The notes below the pieces were generated by a model. It searched no databases. It was not told the DNA's origin and saw nothing but the letters and a program-made list of their open reading frames with translations. This document shows, piece by piece, positions 1-9,989 of a stretch of DNA of 64,000 nt. A program made the position numbers and the translations under genes. Source of the DNA: Amoebophrya sp. A120 (taxonomy: Eukaryota; Protista; Dinoflagellata); NCBI GenBank assembly GCA_905178155.1, contig CAJINV010000021.1, forward strand, positions 912,449 to 976,448, written 5' to 3'. Every line of letters begins with the position of its first letter. Within the stretch, counting starts at the first letter, position 1.

Positions 1-683
1 ATCTCCTGGCATTCGTTGTATTCAAACTCGTCGTCCTCGTCGGAGGCTGGTTCATGTAGATTGGTGTTAGAAGGAGCGGCAGTTGACTTGGAAATGTTAT
101 TTGCACTTGTTCCGCTCATCTTCGTTGCTGCCTTCTTACTACCCTGCTTGACCTCGCGAAAATCCGTGATGGCTTGCAATCCGAGAATACCGATGTGCAC
201 GTGGTCGTTTTTCGCCCAGTTGAAATTTGTGCTGTGCTTCTTACGCATGGACAGGAACAATTCTTCCTGCAGCGACTTGTAGAAGCTTCCGAGAAAGCGG
301 CTGTCGAACTCGAGGTCGGCCACGTGGTCCCAGTCGTCGGGCCCCTGCGCCTCTGCACTGCCTTGGTTGATGTAGTCAAAACTCTTCGGGGCGAGCACAA
401 ACTTCGCGAAGGTGTGGTTTCGCGCACTACCGGTTGTCGTCTTCACGAAAAACAGAGACCACAACTGGTTCTTGCCATGGACGTCGCCGCACTTTCCGAA
501 CGCTTTTGGCTTGATGGCGACGGTCCGCTCCTGGTGGTGCTGACAGCAGTTTTCCTCTGATGTGCGCGCCGACACCCACAACGCTTTCCGCAAAATATCC
601 TTGTCCTGTTTTTTGGATTTGCCGCGGACACTGTCGGGCGTCATGTCCGATGTCGTGTGGAGAAGCTGCAGGAAGTCGGCCAT
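1..683 (-). CDS. Hypothetical protein, 3' end runs off the window
   Basis: Frame from ATG at 683 (MADFLQLLHTTSDMTPDS...DEDDEFEYNECQE) stays open to position 1; in-frame TGA just upstream; absent from the ORF track because it has no stop in the window. Confidence 0.6.
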   Translation of the reverse strand, partial: MADFLQLLHTTSDMTPDSVRGKSKKQDKDILRKALWVSARTSEENCCQHHQERTVAIKPKAFGKCGDVHGKNQLWSLFFVKTTTGSARNHTFAKFVLAPKSFDYINQGSAEAQGPDDWDHVADLEFDSRFLGSFYKSLQEELFLSMRKKHSTNFNWAKNDHVHIGILGLQAITDFREVKQGSKKAATKMSGTSANNISKSTAAPSNTNLHEPASDEDDEFEYNECQE

Positions 684-1232
684 CGTGCTGTTTGTGTCGA
701 CGATTCAGTCTGCCAATAACGACAAAAACGACGTAACTACACTACTAGATTACAGTTCAAACATTTGTGAATGATCTCCAGCACCACGGAATATCTGAAT
801 GTTTTCAAGGTCCGGTTTAGAGTGCGGATGTTTGTCGTCCGTGCTGCCGCAAAGCGCAAATCATGGCCAAATTTCTCTATACTCTGCCTTCGGCTTTGGT
901 ACAACGCACGTGCAACTCGAGCAAGCTCCAGATATACGCTTTTGCAACGTGCCAGTACCTACCTCTCGTCCGTTGCTGTTTTTTATTCCATTTGGTAGTG
1001 GTAAATCGCAGTATCATGAATAAGCAGACTCCTCTCGCAGGTCTCTCGCTCTCGATAGCGTCGCACATGCTCCTTCTTTTGACGAAGGGAAGATGACAAA
1101 AATCGGGGTATATTGAACGCACGATGCAGCATCTGCTGTCGCATCGAGAACACGAGAAGCAGCGCAGCGACCTCAGCATGTGGAATAGTGTTATTGTTGC
1201 ACCATGTGTTGTTGCAATGTCAAAAGGTATCT

Positions 1233-4200
1233 CTACAGAAACCCCGGCTGCACGGTTGGTTCCTGATTGAACAATATTCTCATGCACTTGCACCACTGTG
1301 GGGACAGTCCTTTCCTCTTCATACTGGCCTCGTCCATGAACTTGGTGATGCACTTTGTGTAGTGCCCGTACACCGTGATCTCCGCCAAGTGTCGCACGTC
1401 CACGCGCCCGGAGTCTAGCAGAATCACCGCACTATACTGGAACTTGCCGTTGACCGCCTGTTCGGGTTTGGGATTTTTTGAACTTTGATCATGTTCGAGC
1501 CCCTCCATGGAAGAGTAGACCAAGTGCTCCTGCGCGAATTCCACGATCACGTTCACGGTTGCAGAGTCCAGCACCTTCTGTCGGTTGTTGTTATCCCTTG
1601 TTTCGCTCGGGCGGATCAGGGCCGAGCTGGACTGGACCACACGACAGGGGGATTCGTGGAAGGGGAGGTCGCAGTATGACAGTGCACAATTCCCGCCCCC
1701 ACCTCATGTGTCATGCAAAATCCCAAATCCAGTCCTCACTGCCTCGTGGCACTGTTTGCATGACTGAATAAATTTCGAAAGGAGCCCAAACAGTACTACA
1801 GCAAGTGCATAGATTTGTCATGCACAGGCTCCAGGGTCGCTGGCGCCTGTATTGCTGTTCATGCAATACAAATGAGGGGAAGGGGGAGTTGTGCACTGTC
1901 ATACGCATATTTCGTCGACGTTCTCCACGTCGTCCTCCGGTTTCAGGGTGCGCAGCAAGGTATCCACTCAAGAAGTACTATCGCACTCGTAGTAATTATC
2001 GCAGTCATGCATTATAAATCCCCTTCTTGAGGTGCATCCGCATCACAAATCCTGTTTCTCAATCTCATGCTGAAGAAGTTTGTCATGCGGTTGCCACTAA
2101 CTAGTACGGTAATAAACTTTTGCATTTCATACACGGACCGCGGCATGTCCCCGATCTGGACCTGCCGGCGTTTGTAGGCGTGGTACCCGCCTCGATACTG
2201 CGTAATCTTGTCCGCGATCGCGGTGCAGAACTCGCGCTGCAGCTTCGCGGGCCACTCGAAGTGCAGAATGCTCTCGAAGCTCCACTCGGTCGGGACCTGG
2301 TTGTCCGCGGTGAGGTACTGGTATCTTTGTTCTACTTTAGGAGTTATAGTAGTTTCTACTGCTCCTGTGGCGCTTGCCGCTGCGCCGGGCGACTTTTTGC
2401 CTGACGTTATGACGGAATACAAAACGTCGTAAATATGGTGGGGCGACAGAGGTTTCTCCGCCGCGTAGGTGGCCAAGTTTTGCTCTAAAACAGCGCCCAG
2501 ATGTTGAGGAACGACTTCGACGCCATTTGGTGCTGTTGAACCAGCTGCAGGAGGGGTCGTGCTGGGAGCACTAGCACCAATTTTCTGGTCCTTCCCGAGC
2601 TTGACCACCAGGGGTGGATTGCGGTGGTGAAAGGCCTGGAGTTCCAAAAACGGCGACACCGGGGGGATGCGGCCGTGGTCGGAGCACAGGATCAGGGACA
2701 AGTTTGGGTGGCGCAGGAAGAGCTCGCGGAAAAAATCGCGAAAAAACGTATCCATGTTGTTCACCACGGGGGCGCCGGGGCGGTACTTCGGGTGCAGCAT
2801 GGTGTGTCCCTCGTCGAAATAGGCCACGGCAAAGGCCTTTTCGTCCTTGAAGACGTCGTAGAAATCCAGGAGGTCTTCAAGTAACAGCTTGGAAACTTGA
2901 TGCTCCGACTCCAGCTCTATCGAAGGGTCTTGGATCGTGGAAGACGGCCCGGTGCGCCGTCCTTGTTTTCCAACGCCTTTTGTATTTTTGCCAAAAGAAG
3001 ACGAAGTAGATCCAGCTGTAGTTCCTTTTCCGTCGTCGTCCGGTGGATCTACAACTCCACCTGTAGTCGCTCCAGCTATTATTGTTCCGGGCCGCACGGT
3101 GCTGTCGGTTTCAGCGATTTCTTTTTCTTTCAGAAGGGTTTTCAGGCCCAGCGACTCCTGCACGTTTTCTTGGCCGCCGCCAAAGTAGTAGCTCGCGCCC
3201 GTTTCCATCGGCGCGACATGGATCAGGCGCTCGCCCGTCACGCGATCAAAACAAACGCTGTACCCGTTTTCGGTGCGACATTCCAAACCTTCCGGAACCA
3301 CGCCGGCGTCCAGCTGCTTGGCGAGCTGCTCGCCCTCCTTCTCCTGGTCGCTCCACGCGTTCACGATGGTGTTGGCCGGTTTGGATGTTGCGGGGAGATG
3401 TTGAACTTGAATCCCGGAGGAGGTTATTACACTTGCACTGCTTGACTCTGCTTCGAAGATTTCCGACGGAGCAAGTGTCGCTGCAGTACCATCGTTCCCG
3501 TGGTCAACATCTTCCCCTCGGCCTTTGTTTTCCACAATAGCTGCTGAGCTACTTGTGCCAGTTCTGATCTCTGCTCCATCAGTCCTCCTTATTCGCAACT
3601 CCGTACTGCTGCTGAGGAATTGCCGACCCTCTGGCGCACCTTGGACCTTCTCCCCGGGCTTCAGCCCCAGCTTGTCCGCGTCCGGACGCTGCCCGTGGCC
3701 CCAGCGCTTGAAACTGCGCAACCGCACCGCCGTGCCGTTTTGCAGCGTCGCGTTGAAGGCCGGAGACAACACTTGCGTGGCCCGCCCCGTGCTGCACCAC
3801 CCTTTCACCGGCGACCACGTGCGCGCGGCGTACTGGCTCTGCAGCTCGGCGAAATGCATCCAGTAGCTGAGGCAGTAGCACTTCTGGAACCGCGTGTGCA
3901 GGCTGCAGTCGCAGCCGGCGAAGGTGCGAAAGCCCTCCTGCTGCGCGACGCTCAGGATGTGCTTCTCCTTGTCCGTCCACACGTCGCGGTCGCGCCATAT
4001 AGAGTTCTCAACCGTCACACTCTCAACTGTTACATGAGTTTGTGATGCACGAACAGCAAAGGTTAAATCGGGTAGCTTGCAGCTCTCGCATCACAAATAT
4101 GGCGCAGATTATCAGCCTGTTTAGCACTTGGGGGATTTGTCATGCGAAGTAGCTTGATCGTGTGGCAGCTGGTAGCAATTTTGCATGGCAAATCGTGTAA

Positions 4201-5958
4201 CAGTTGAGAGTGTAACGCTTGAGAATCCCATACGCCAAAACTTCTGCCCGGTAATTATTCCGAGTAAAAACATCCCCACCCCAGAGTTGTCATGCAAATT
4301 TGCATGCCAAAAAAGTTTCTCATGCGAAGCCCCATGAGAAGCTTTTTCTAGTCGCGTTTTGGGATTTGTGATGCTAGAAATAGCATGATATGCTAGATCT
4401 GTGATGCTGCTGAACTAGCTAAACAGGACTACACTACGAGGACAAACTTGTCATGCGAGACCACCAAAGTTGGCCGATTTGTCTAGCAGATTTTCCACGT
4501 TGACTCTGGTATGGGGACGTTTTTACTCAGGATAGTAATATTCACGCCGGGGCGGGCGGGGAAGGGTTCGCCGTGCGCCATGGGATACTGATTCAGCGGA
4601 GAATTCGGCTATGCAAGAATACAAATTTTTTGCCGTACACACAAAATGCATCGTACACATTTCAACATCCCCCAATGAATGAGGGAGAGCATGTTGGCAT
4701 TTGGTGTACGCTACTACAAAAACCTCGAAGGTAGTGCATTTGTAAGTACAATAAGAATAAATTGAAACTGTGTACAACTATTACGGCATAATGAATTTCC
4801 TGTCCATATCGGCCCGACGACGTTGAAGTTGTCGAAAATTGTAGCATTCAAGTACTGCGACAGGTACAGCATCGTCTTCGGCAGGCTGCGAAGCACTTCA
4901 CGAAAGCTGAGCATATCGAGAATGATGAGAAGGACCTTTTTCTTTGTGTCTTCACCGTCCTCTGCGGTCTCTGCTGCGGTCGTTTTACTAGCGGATGTCG
5001 AGGGGTTCTCAATTTCTCCTCTTTCCTGTTTAGTATCTTCCAGTGCACCTTCACCTCCGGAAGCGGAGGGCAGTCGCAGTGCGTGTGGTTCATCAAGATC
5101 TGCAGGAAGAACTTCCGAGGAGGTACTACTTCTAGAACTTGTGGCGCTAGCAGTACTGACCCCTTCTTTACGTTTACTTTTTTCTCCGCCAAGAGAAGCT
5201 GCATCCCGAAGAACAAAATCAGCCGCGCCTCCTGAGGCCCGTTTCCCCCGTGCGTTGACCAATTTGCTCGGATGCGGCATGCCCCCCTTCTCCGCGACGC
5301 AGTTTTTCACGGCGTCGGGGATGTTTTTCTCCTCGGTAAACAGGCTCTCCATCGCGCACCCGTCCCGACGATTGGCGATCTCCTTGTGGTTCAGCGCCTC
5401 CACCAGTTCGTCCATCCTCCGGAACTCTTTCACCGCTTTCAATTTCTGTCGGTGGGCCCGGTCGTCGCGGCAGAAGCCCCAGGGGTGGTCGAAAAAGAAC
5501 GGGTCCGCGACGTCCTCATTGGTCCAGCTCTCGTGCTCCTCGAAAAACAACGTGACTTCATCAAGTGACCCCGATGCGGTGGTTATTGTGGTGTTTTTCT
5601 GCATGAGGGCTTCGTCCTCGGCCCGCTCTCGCTGTGTAACTTCTGGTCGTGCAGTTTCTGTTTCTGGTAACGCAGATTCTGTCTTCCTATCCTCCTCGTT
5701 GTAAATTTCGCCCTTTGCAGATGCCTCGTCCTGTATTTCTGGCAGCATTATTCTATGCCCAACTGGAATGTCCATGCGCAGACTTGTGGCTGCCATGAGG
5801 CGGTTCCGTCTCTTCAATTCCTCCAATCCCTGCCTCCGAAGCGCGCCTCCGCTTACCGAGCGAAAGCTGCTCGATAGTTGTACACAGGTGAGGCAAGCAA
5901 CAACAAAATAGAGACCACGGAGAGCGGCCAACATTGAGAACGGACGCAGACGCAACAT
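1233..5958 (-). CDS. DUF229 / alkaline-phosphatase-superfamily protein with signal peptide; 6 exons
   Basis: Removing 5 introner elements joins the ORFs in frame: VLLIILDMLSFREVLRSLPKT...FNVVGP|NSPLNQYPM...GVNI|TGQKFW|RDRDVW...LILCSDHG...HHRNPPLVV; motifs resemble DUF229; hydrophobic N-terminus. Confidence 0.7.
1675..1903. mobile_element. Introner element, family A (TIR tatga(c/g)agtgcacaa(c/t)tccc)
   Basis: TAT...ATA ends; direct repeat cgcag/cgcat; removal gives DEIC|DLPF in frame. Confidence 0.9.
1961..2131. mobile_element. Introner element, family B (TIR tat..tgcaaaagtatcg), degenerate
   Basis: Direct repeat caagg/cacgg; removal keeps frame PRS|(V/L)LRTLKP. Confidence 0.8.
3998..4232. 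mobile_element. Introner element, family C (TIR tatgg.gttctcaa.cgttacactctcaactgttac)
   Basis: About 35-bp TIR; perfect direct repeat cgcca; 235 bp. Confidence 0.92.
4256..4534. mobile_element. Introner element, family D (TIR tatcctgagtaaaaacgtcccc)
   Basis: Perfect direct repeat gtaat; frame restored GVNI|TGQK. Confidence 0.92.
4610..4808. mobile_element. Introner element, family E, degenerate TIR
   Basis: TAT...ATA ends; perfect direct repeat tcggc; restores VVGP|NSPL. Confidence 0.82.
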
Positions 5959-6509
5959 CTTTAATTTCAAGAGTCGACTCGTAAAAATTTCAATTATGAA
6001 GGCTTAGGCTGCAGGTGCAGCCAATTTTTGCTCTTGCTCTCACACTGCGCTGAGCGTGACTTCTTCTCTCGTGGAATGGTAAAAGAAATATGGCCGCTGG
6101 ACGTCTCGGTCTCCTGTTTGACTTTGACCAAAAAGGAAAAAAACAGAGCGCATAGAAAGACCTTCTTCTTGTTACACTCCTCGATGGATGTTGAACAAAA
6201 GTGCATGTATTGATAAACGAAAGGCCACGACCCTCCTGCTTGGATCTAGGTTCAACATCAACAGATGGAAACATCATATGAGCAATTGCGTGAGCGTGCG
6301 ATTGTCGTGGCGAAAAATGTGGTCGTGGTGCACAGAAATGTTGATCTTGATAGCGAATCCACATCATGTTTGTTGCAAAGAGAAAAAAAAAACGTGTCGC
6401 GGTTATTTAGAACTCGTCAGCGGGCCGCGTCCGAGTCGGTTCGTCTTAGCAGTTGTGTGTGACTGACTACATAAAGTACTTTCAATGTTCAAACCGCTAC
6501 CGGGATCTT

Positions 6510-9113
6510 CTACTGACCAACATCATGATCATCTCCCAGGATTAGCCTAGCTCTATTGAGACAATTCTGCAAGCGTTGGATATTTTTCTCCTCGCTCATG
6601 AATTCGGGAATCGGACCGCTCCAGACTGGATGTTGAACGGTTTCCTTCCTTTCGGCCGCGTTGTCCCCATCAACATTGTTCGAAGATCTACTAGTATTCC
6701 ACCCCTTGTACCACCGGACGATCGCCATGGCCTCGTTTTTGTTGACCAGCACCCAATTTTCCGGGAAACTGTAGAACTTCTTCGGGGGCGGTGCAAGATC
6801 CTCCTCCGTTATCGGCGCATCGAAGAGGTCAAAGGCCGTGTCATGCTCAAGGTCGCTGTCTTCAGCATGCACAGCATTCTCACGTTCGACGCACTTCTGC
6901 TCCGTGGTGGCAGGGGCCACGACGTGTTCATCTTCTCCCGCCACAACGAAACTCGCAGGTGTAGTACCTGAGTTCTTGGTCTCCGCTGTCAACGTTTTAT
7001 CTTCCTCGTCAACTTCTGCAAGAATTTTTGCGTCCCCGCTTGTACAACTAGTTTTTTTATTCCCTTCCAACGTTAATACTTTCATCAAACACTGCCCTAG
7101 CACTTCCGGATCTACGGGCACGAGCTGCAACTGCTCGCCTTTCGTGTCTTGCAGGCAGCCCCGTCTTTTGTACACGTCGTAGAGCAGAATCTCCGCGTGT
7201 TCGCAGCTCACCCAGTGCGCCTCGAAGGGGAGCATCAGTTTGGCCTTTTCCAAGTACCGCCGCCACGTTTTGGTTTTCAGCGGCTCCCGTTCGGCCTGCA
7301 GCGGCTGGCCCGACAATTCCGCGAGCACGAAGCTCGCCAGGGTGTAGCCGGCGCACGCGGGGACCGGGGCGGTCACCGGAAGCGTCCGCACCCGAAAGTT
7401 TTCCAGGGGCGCAAAGTCCTTGGCGTTCTCCGGGGTCTGGTGCTCCTTCAGCGGCATCAGACTGCGCCCGGTGCGCTCCACGCTGTAGCAGACCATAATG
7501 TCGTCGAGGTCGACGATGTGGTTGAGTGCAGGAGGAACAGGAGAGGGGGAAGACGCGGCGGCTCCGGAAGTAGTTGTATCTGTCTTCAATATTACCCCAT
7601 CTTCGCCTCCTACGTTCGTCGTGGGACCAAGATCTTCGTGTTGCTCCAGTGGTCCTCGAAGCAGTCCGGCTTGTTTATGATCCGCCGTACGATAATTATC
7701 CTCGGAACAAGTACTTGGTGTACTGTCGCAATTCTTTTCATCGACGTTCTTCTTGGCTGATTCGACGATTTCATGATCCTCATCTACACGACAAAATATA
7801 GAGTCCTTCGACACGGAACAAGACATGTTGACCACAGCTTTACTGTTCCTCAAACGCAGCTCCTGTCGCACCCGCTTCGCAAGCTCGCATTCCACCGTGT
7901 CCGTCAAGGAGCCCAGGCGCAACTTCGTCGGGTCTGCCTTCGCAGCCATCCCTGCGGAGACCACCAAGGGGATCTGGTGCAGACTGCAGAATTGGATCAG
8001 GTCGCATTTCGTCGGCAAATTGTCAATGCAATCCACAACGAAATCCGGCTTAGCTGTAGAGTTGAGGTTCTGCAGGTCCTCGTGGGGACGAGAGGTGGAC
8101 GTCGAGATGTAATTTTTAGCACGACCGTGGTCCTCCGAAACAACTACATCAAATTCGTCCAGAAGGAGCTCTTCCGCTCGGTCCAAGCTGAACAGCGCCT
8201 GCCTGGCGTCCACTTGGCAGAACGGGTTTGCTTTTAAAATGTAGTCCTTGACCGCAAACACCTTCTCCTTCCCGACGTCCTCCCAGGCGCTGCAGGCGTG
8301 GCGGTTCAGACTCGACAGGGAGACCATGTCGAAGTCAATGATGCGGATGCGGCCGACGCCGGACCGAGCCAGCGCCATGGCACAGTGGCTCCCGACCCCA
8401 CCAACCCCAACCACGACGGCGAACCCGTTCTGCACCTGCTTCTGGCCTTCTTCTCCGAAAAACTGGAGGTTGCGCACCAGCATCTCCTGTTGGATTTTCC
8501 GCCCGGTTGAGCCAGATGGAAGTTTCGTTTTCGTTCGGGATTGTGATAATTGGGACGAGGATGATGATGATGATGGAAAAGCGTCCTCCACTTGTAGTTC
8601 ATGAGGTCGACGTTCATCTTGGAGCTCCTTCTCATCTTCTTCAACCACGATCTTCTGAACAAGCGCCTGATCAACATGTCGCGCCGTGTTTAATATTTCT
8701 CCAGTAGTTGCGGTTCGTTCTTTTGCGGGTCTTTTTCTTTCATCTGCTTCTGCGCAGCTGGTTTCTTGGTCTTCTTGATCAACATGATCCTGAAAACAAG
8801 CAGCCTTCGTCAGAATGTTGATAAACTGAAGGAACCGACGGTAGTAGTAGCAGAGACCACGCTCCTTACTTTGAAGTACTTCTAGTCCGGCAGTGCAGCT
8901 GGTGCTCGTAGTTGATTTTTTGGAATTGTTGCTCTTATTGTTCCGTGAGACGACGTTCCTTTCGAACTGAACCGCCCGGCTTATCGCTCGCGCAGCTACG
9001 AGGCACACTATCAGGGTCTCAACTGATCTCCACGCCACTAGAGGTAGAGCAGTAGTTGCCACCGGTGGCTCCGGCACGGGCGATTGTGTCGTCCAAAAGT
9101 AGAGACCAAACAT
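6510..9113 (-). CDS. tcdA: ThiF/E1-like tRNA threonylcarbamoyladenosine dehydratase (TcdA/TCD1-like), single exon
   Basis: RNLQFFGEEGQ...VVVGVGGVGSH...LARSGVGRIRIIDFDMVSLSSLNRH...FVVDCIDN...GMAAKADPT; N-terminal hydrophobic segment as in yeast TCD1/2. Confidence 0.85.
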   Translation of the reverse strand: MFGLYFWTTQSPVPEPPVATTALPLVAWRSVETLIVCLVAARAISRAVQFERNVVSRNNKSNNSKKSTTSTSCTAGLEVLQSKERGLCYYYRRFLQFINILTKAACFQDHVDQEDQETSCAEADERKRPAKERTATTGEILNTARHVDQALVQKIVVEEDEKELQDERRPHELQVEDAFPSSSSSSSQLSQSRTKTKLPSGSTGRKIQQEMLVRNLQFFGEEGQKQVQNGFAVVVGVGGVGSHCAMALARSGVGRIRIIDFDMVSLSSLNRHACSAWEDVGKEKVFAVKDYILKANPFCQVDARQALFSLDRAEELLLDEFDVVVSEDHGRAKNYISTSTSRPHEDLQNLNSTAKPDFVVDCIDNLPTKCDLIQFCSLHQIPLVVSAGMAAKADPTKLRLGSLTDTVECELAKRVRQELRLRNSKAVVNMSCSVSKDSIFCRVDEDHEIVESAKKNVDEKNCDSTPSTCSEDNYRTADHKQAGLLRGPLEQHEDLGPTTNVGGEDGVILKTDTTTSGAAASSPSPVPPALNHIVDLDDIMVCYSVERTGRSLMPLKEHQTPENAKDFAPLENFRVRTLPVTAPVPACAGYTLASFVLAELSGQPLQAEREPLKTKTWRRYLEKAKLMLPFEAHWVSCEHAEILLYDVYKRRGCLQDTKGEQLQLVPVDPEVLGQCLMKVLTLEGNKKTSCTSGDAKILAEVDEEDKTLTAETKNSGTTPASFVVAGEDEHVVAPATTEQKCVERENAVHAEDSDLEHDTAFDLFDAPITEEDLAPPPKKFYSFPENWVLVNKNEAMAIVRWYKGWNTSRSSNNVDGDNAAERKETVQHPVWSGPIPEFMSEEKNIQRLQNCLNRARLILGDDHDVGQ

Positions 9114-9989
9114 GATTCTTTTTCTGTGTAGTTTCAAATTTTTCGACGGAGTACTACAGAAGAAAGAGTAATTTATTCCTGATCTTCCGAGCAGGGGCTG
9201 TACTAAACTACGCTCCTACGGAACCATGAAAATCTCTAAAAAGTGTGGTCCTGGTGTTCGTCAAATTCATGTAAAAAAAAGATTTCTGTCTTCGAAAATG
9301 AGTCGTAAGAACTCTCCAAGAGCAAACACTCCTTCGTGCGGTTTCTCTACCGACGAAGGATAATGAGAGTGAGATCGAGGATCATCTGCTATTTTCATCA
9401 TTCCGAAGAAAGAACATAAACAATTTCTGGAGCATTCGAGAGTAGACTCTTCTTGTTCGTCAACAATGAAATGTTGTTTATTGGACCCAAGAAGAACTCG
9501 CTTTTGTCGAAAAGTTTGGATCTATTGAGCCGACTACAACTCTTCAACGAAAAATATCTGCGTTCTTTGATCAGATTTCAATTGTGAAAAATGCTGGAGA
9601 TCAACAGACACATCATCAAAAGTATGCACTTACACGACCACGGGTATTTCATTAAATTTTGCTTTCTTTCTTGCTTTCTGTTCATGCCCGGGCATGGCAT
9701 CAATTTCAATTGTTCCGAGGCCCTACAGTCCAACTCCGTGCTTTCACCAAAATTTTGCTCTTCCGTGCTCTTCAGCAAAATTTTCGGTGCTCCTCAGCAA
9801 AATTTTCGGACGGAAAGCGCCGCGCATGTGACACTACACCACAGCAGGCCGCGAGTTCTTGTATATGTACAACTAGAGCTATTGGAAGGGGACTAAGTAG
9901 TACCTTGAAGATTGCACCCGCGACATAGCTACAGGAATTTGAAGTCTGCTGTGATCGGTTGATTATATGCGGAGAACTATACTAGAGCT

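Noticed and set aside
4823-5704. Long plus-strand ORFs (also 17159-17860, 24186-24944, 41486-42541)
   Set aside because: Antisense shadows of GC-rich minus-strand exons with no recognisable domains
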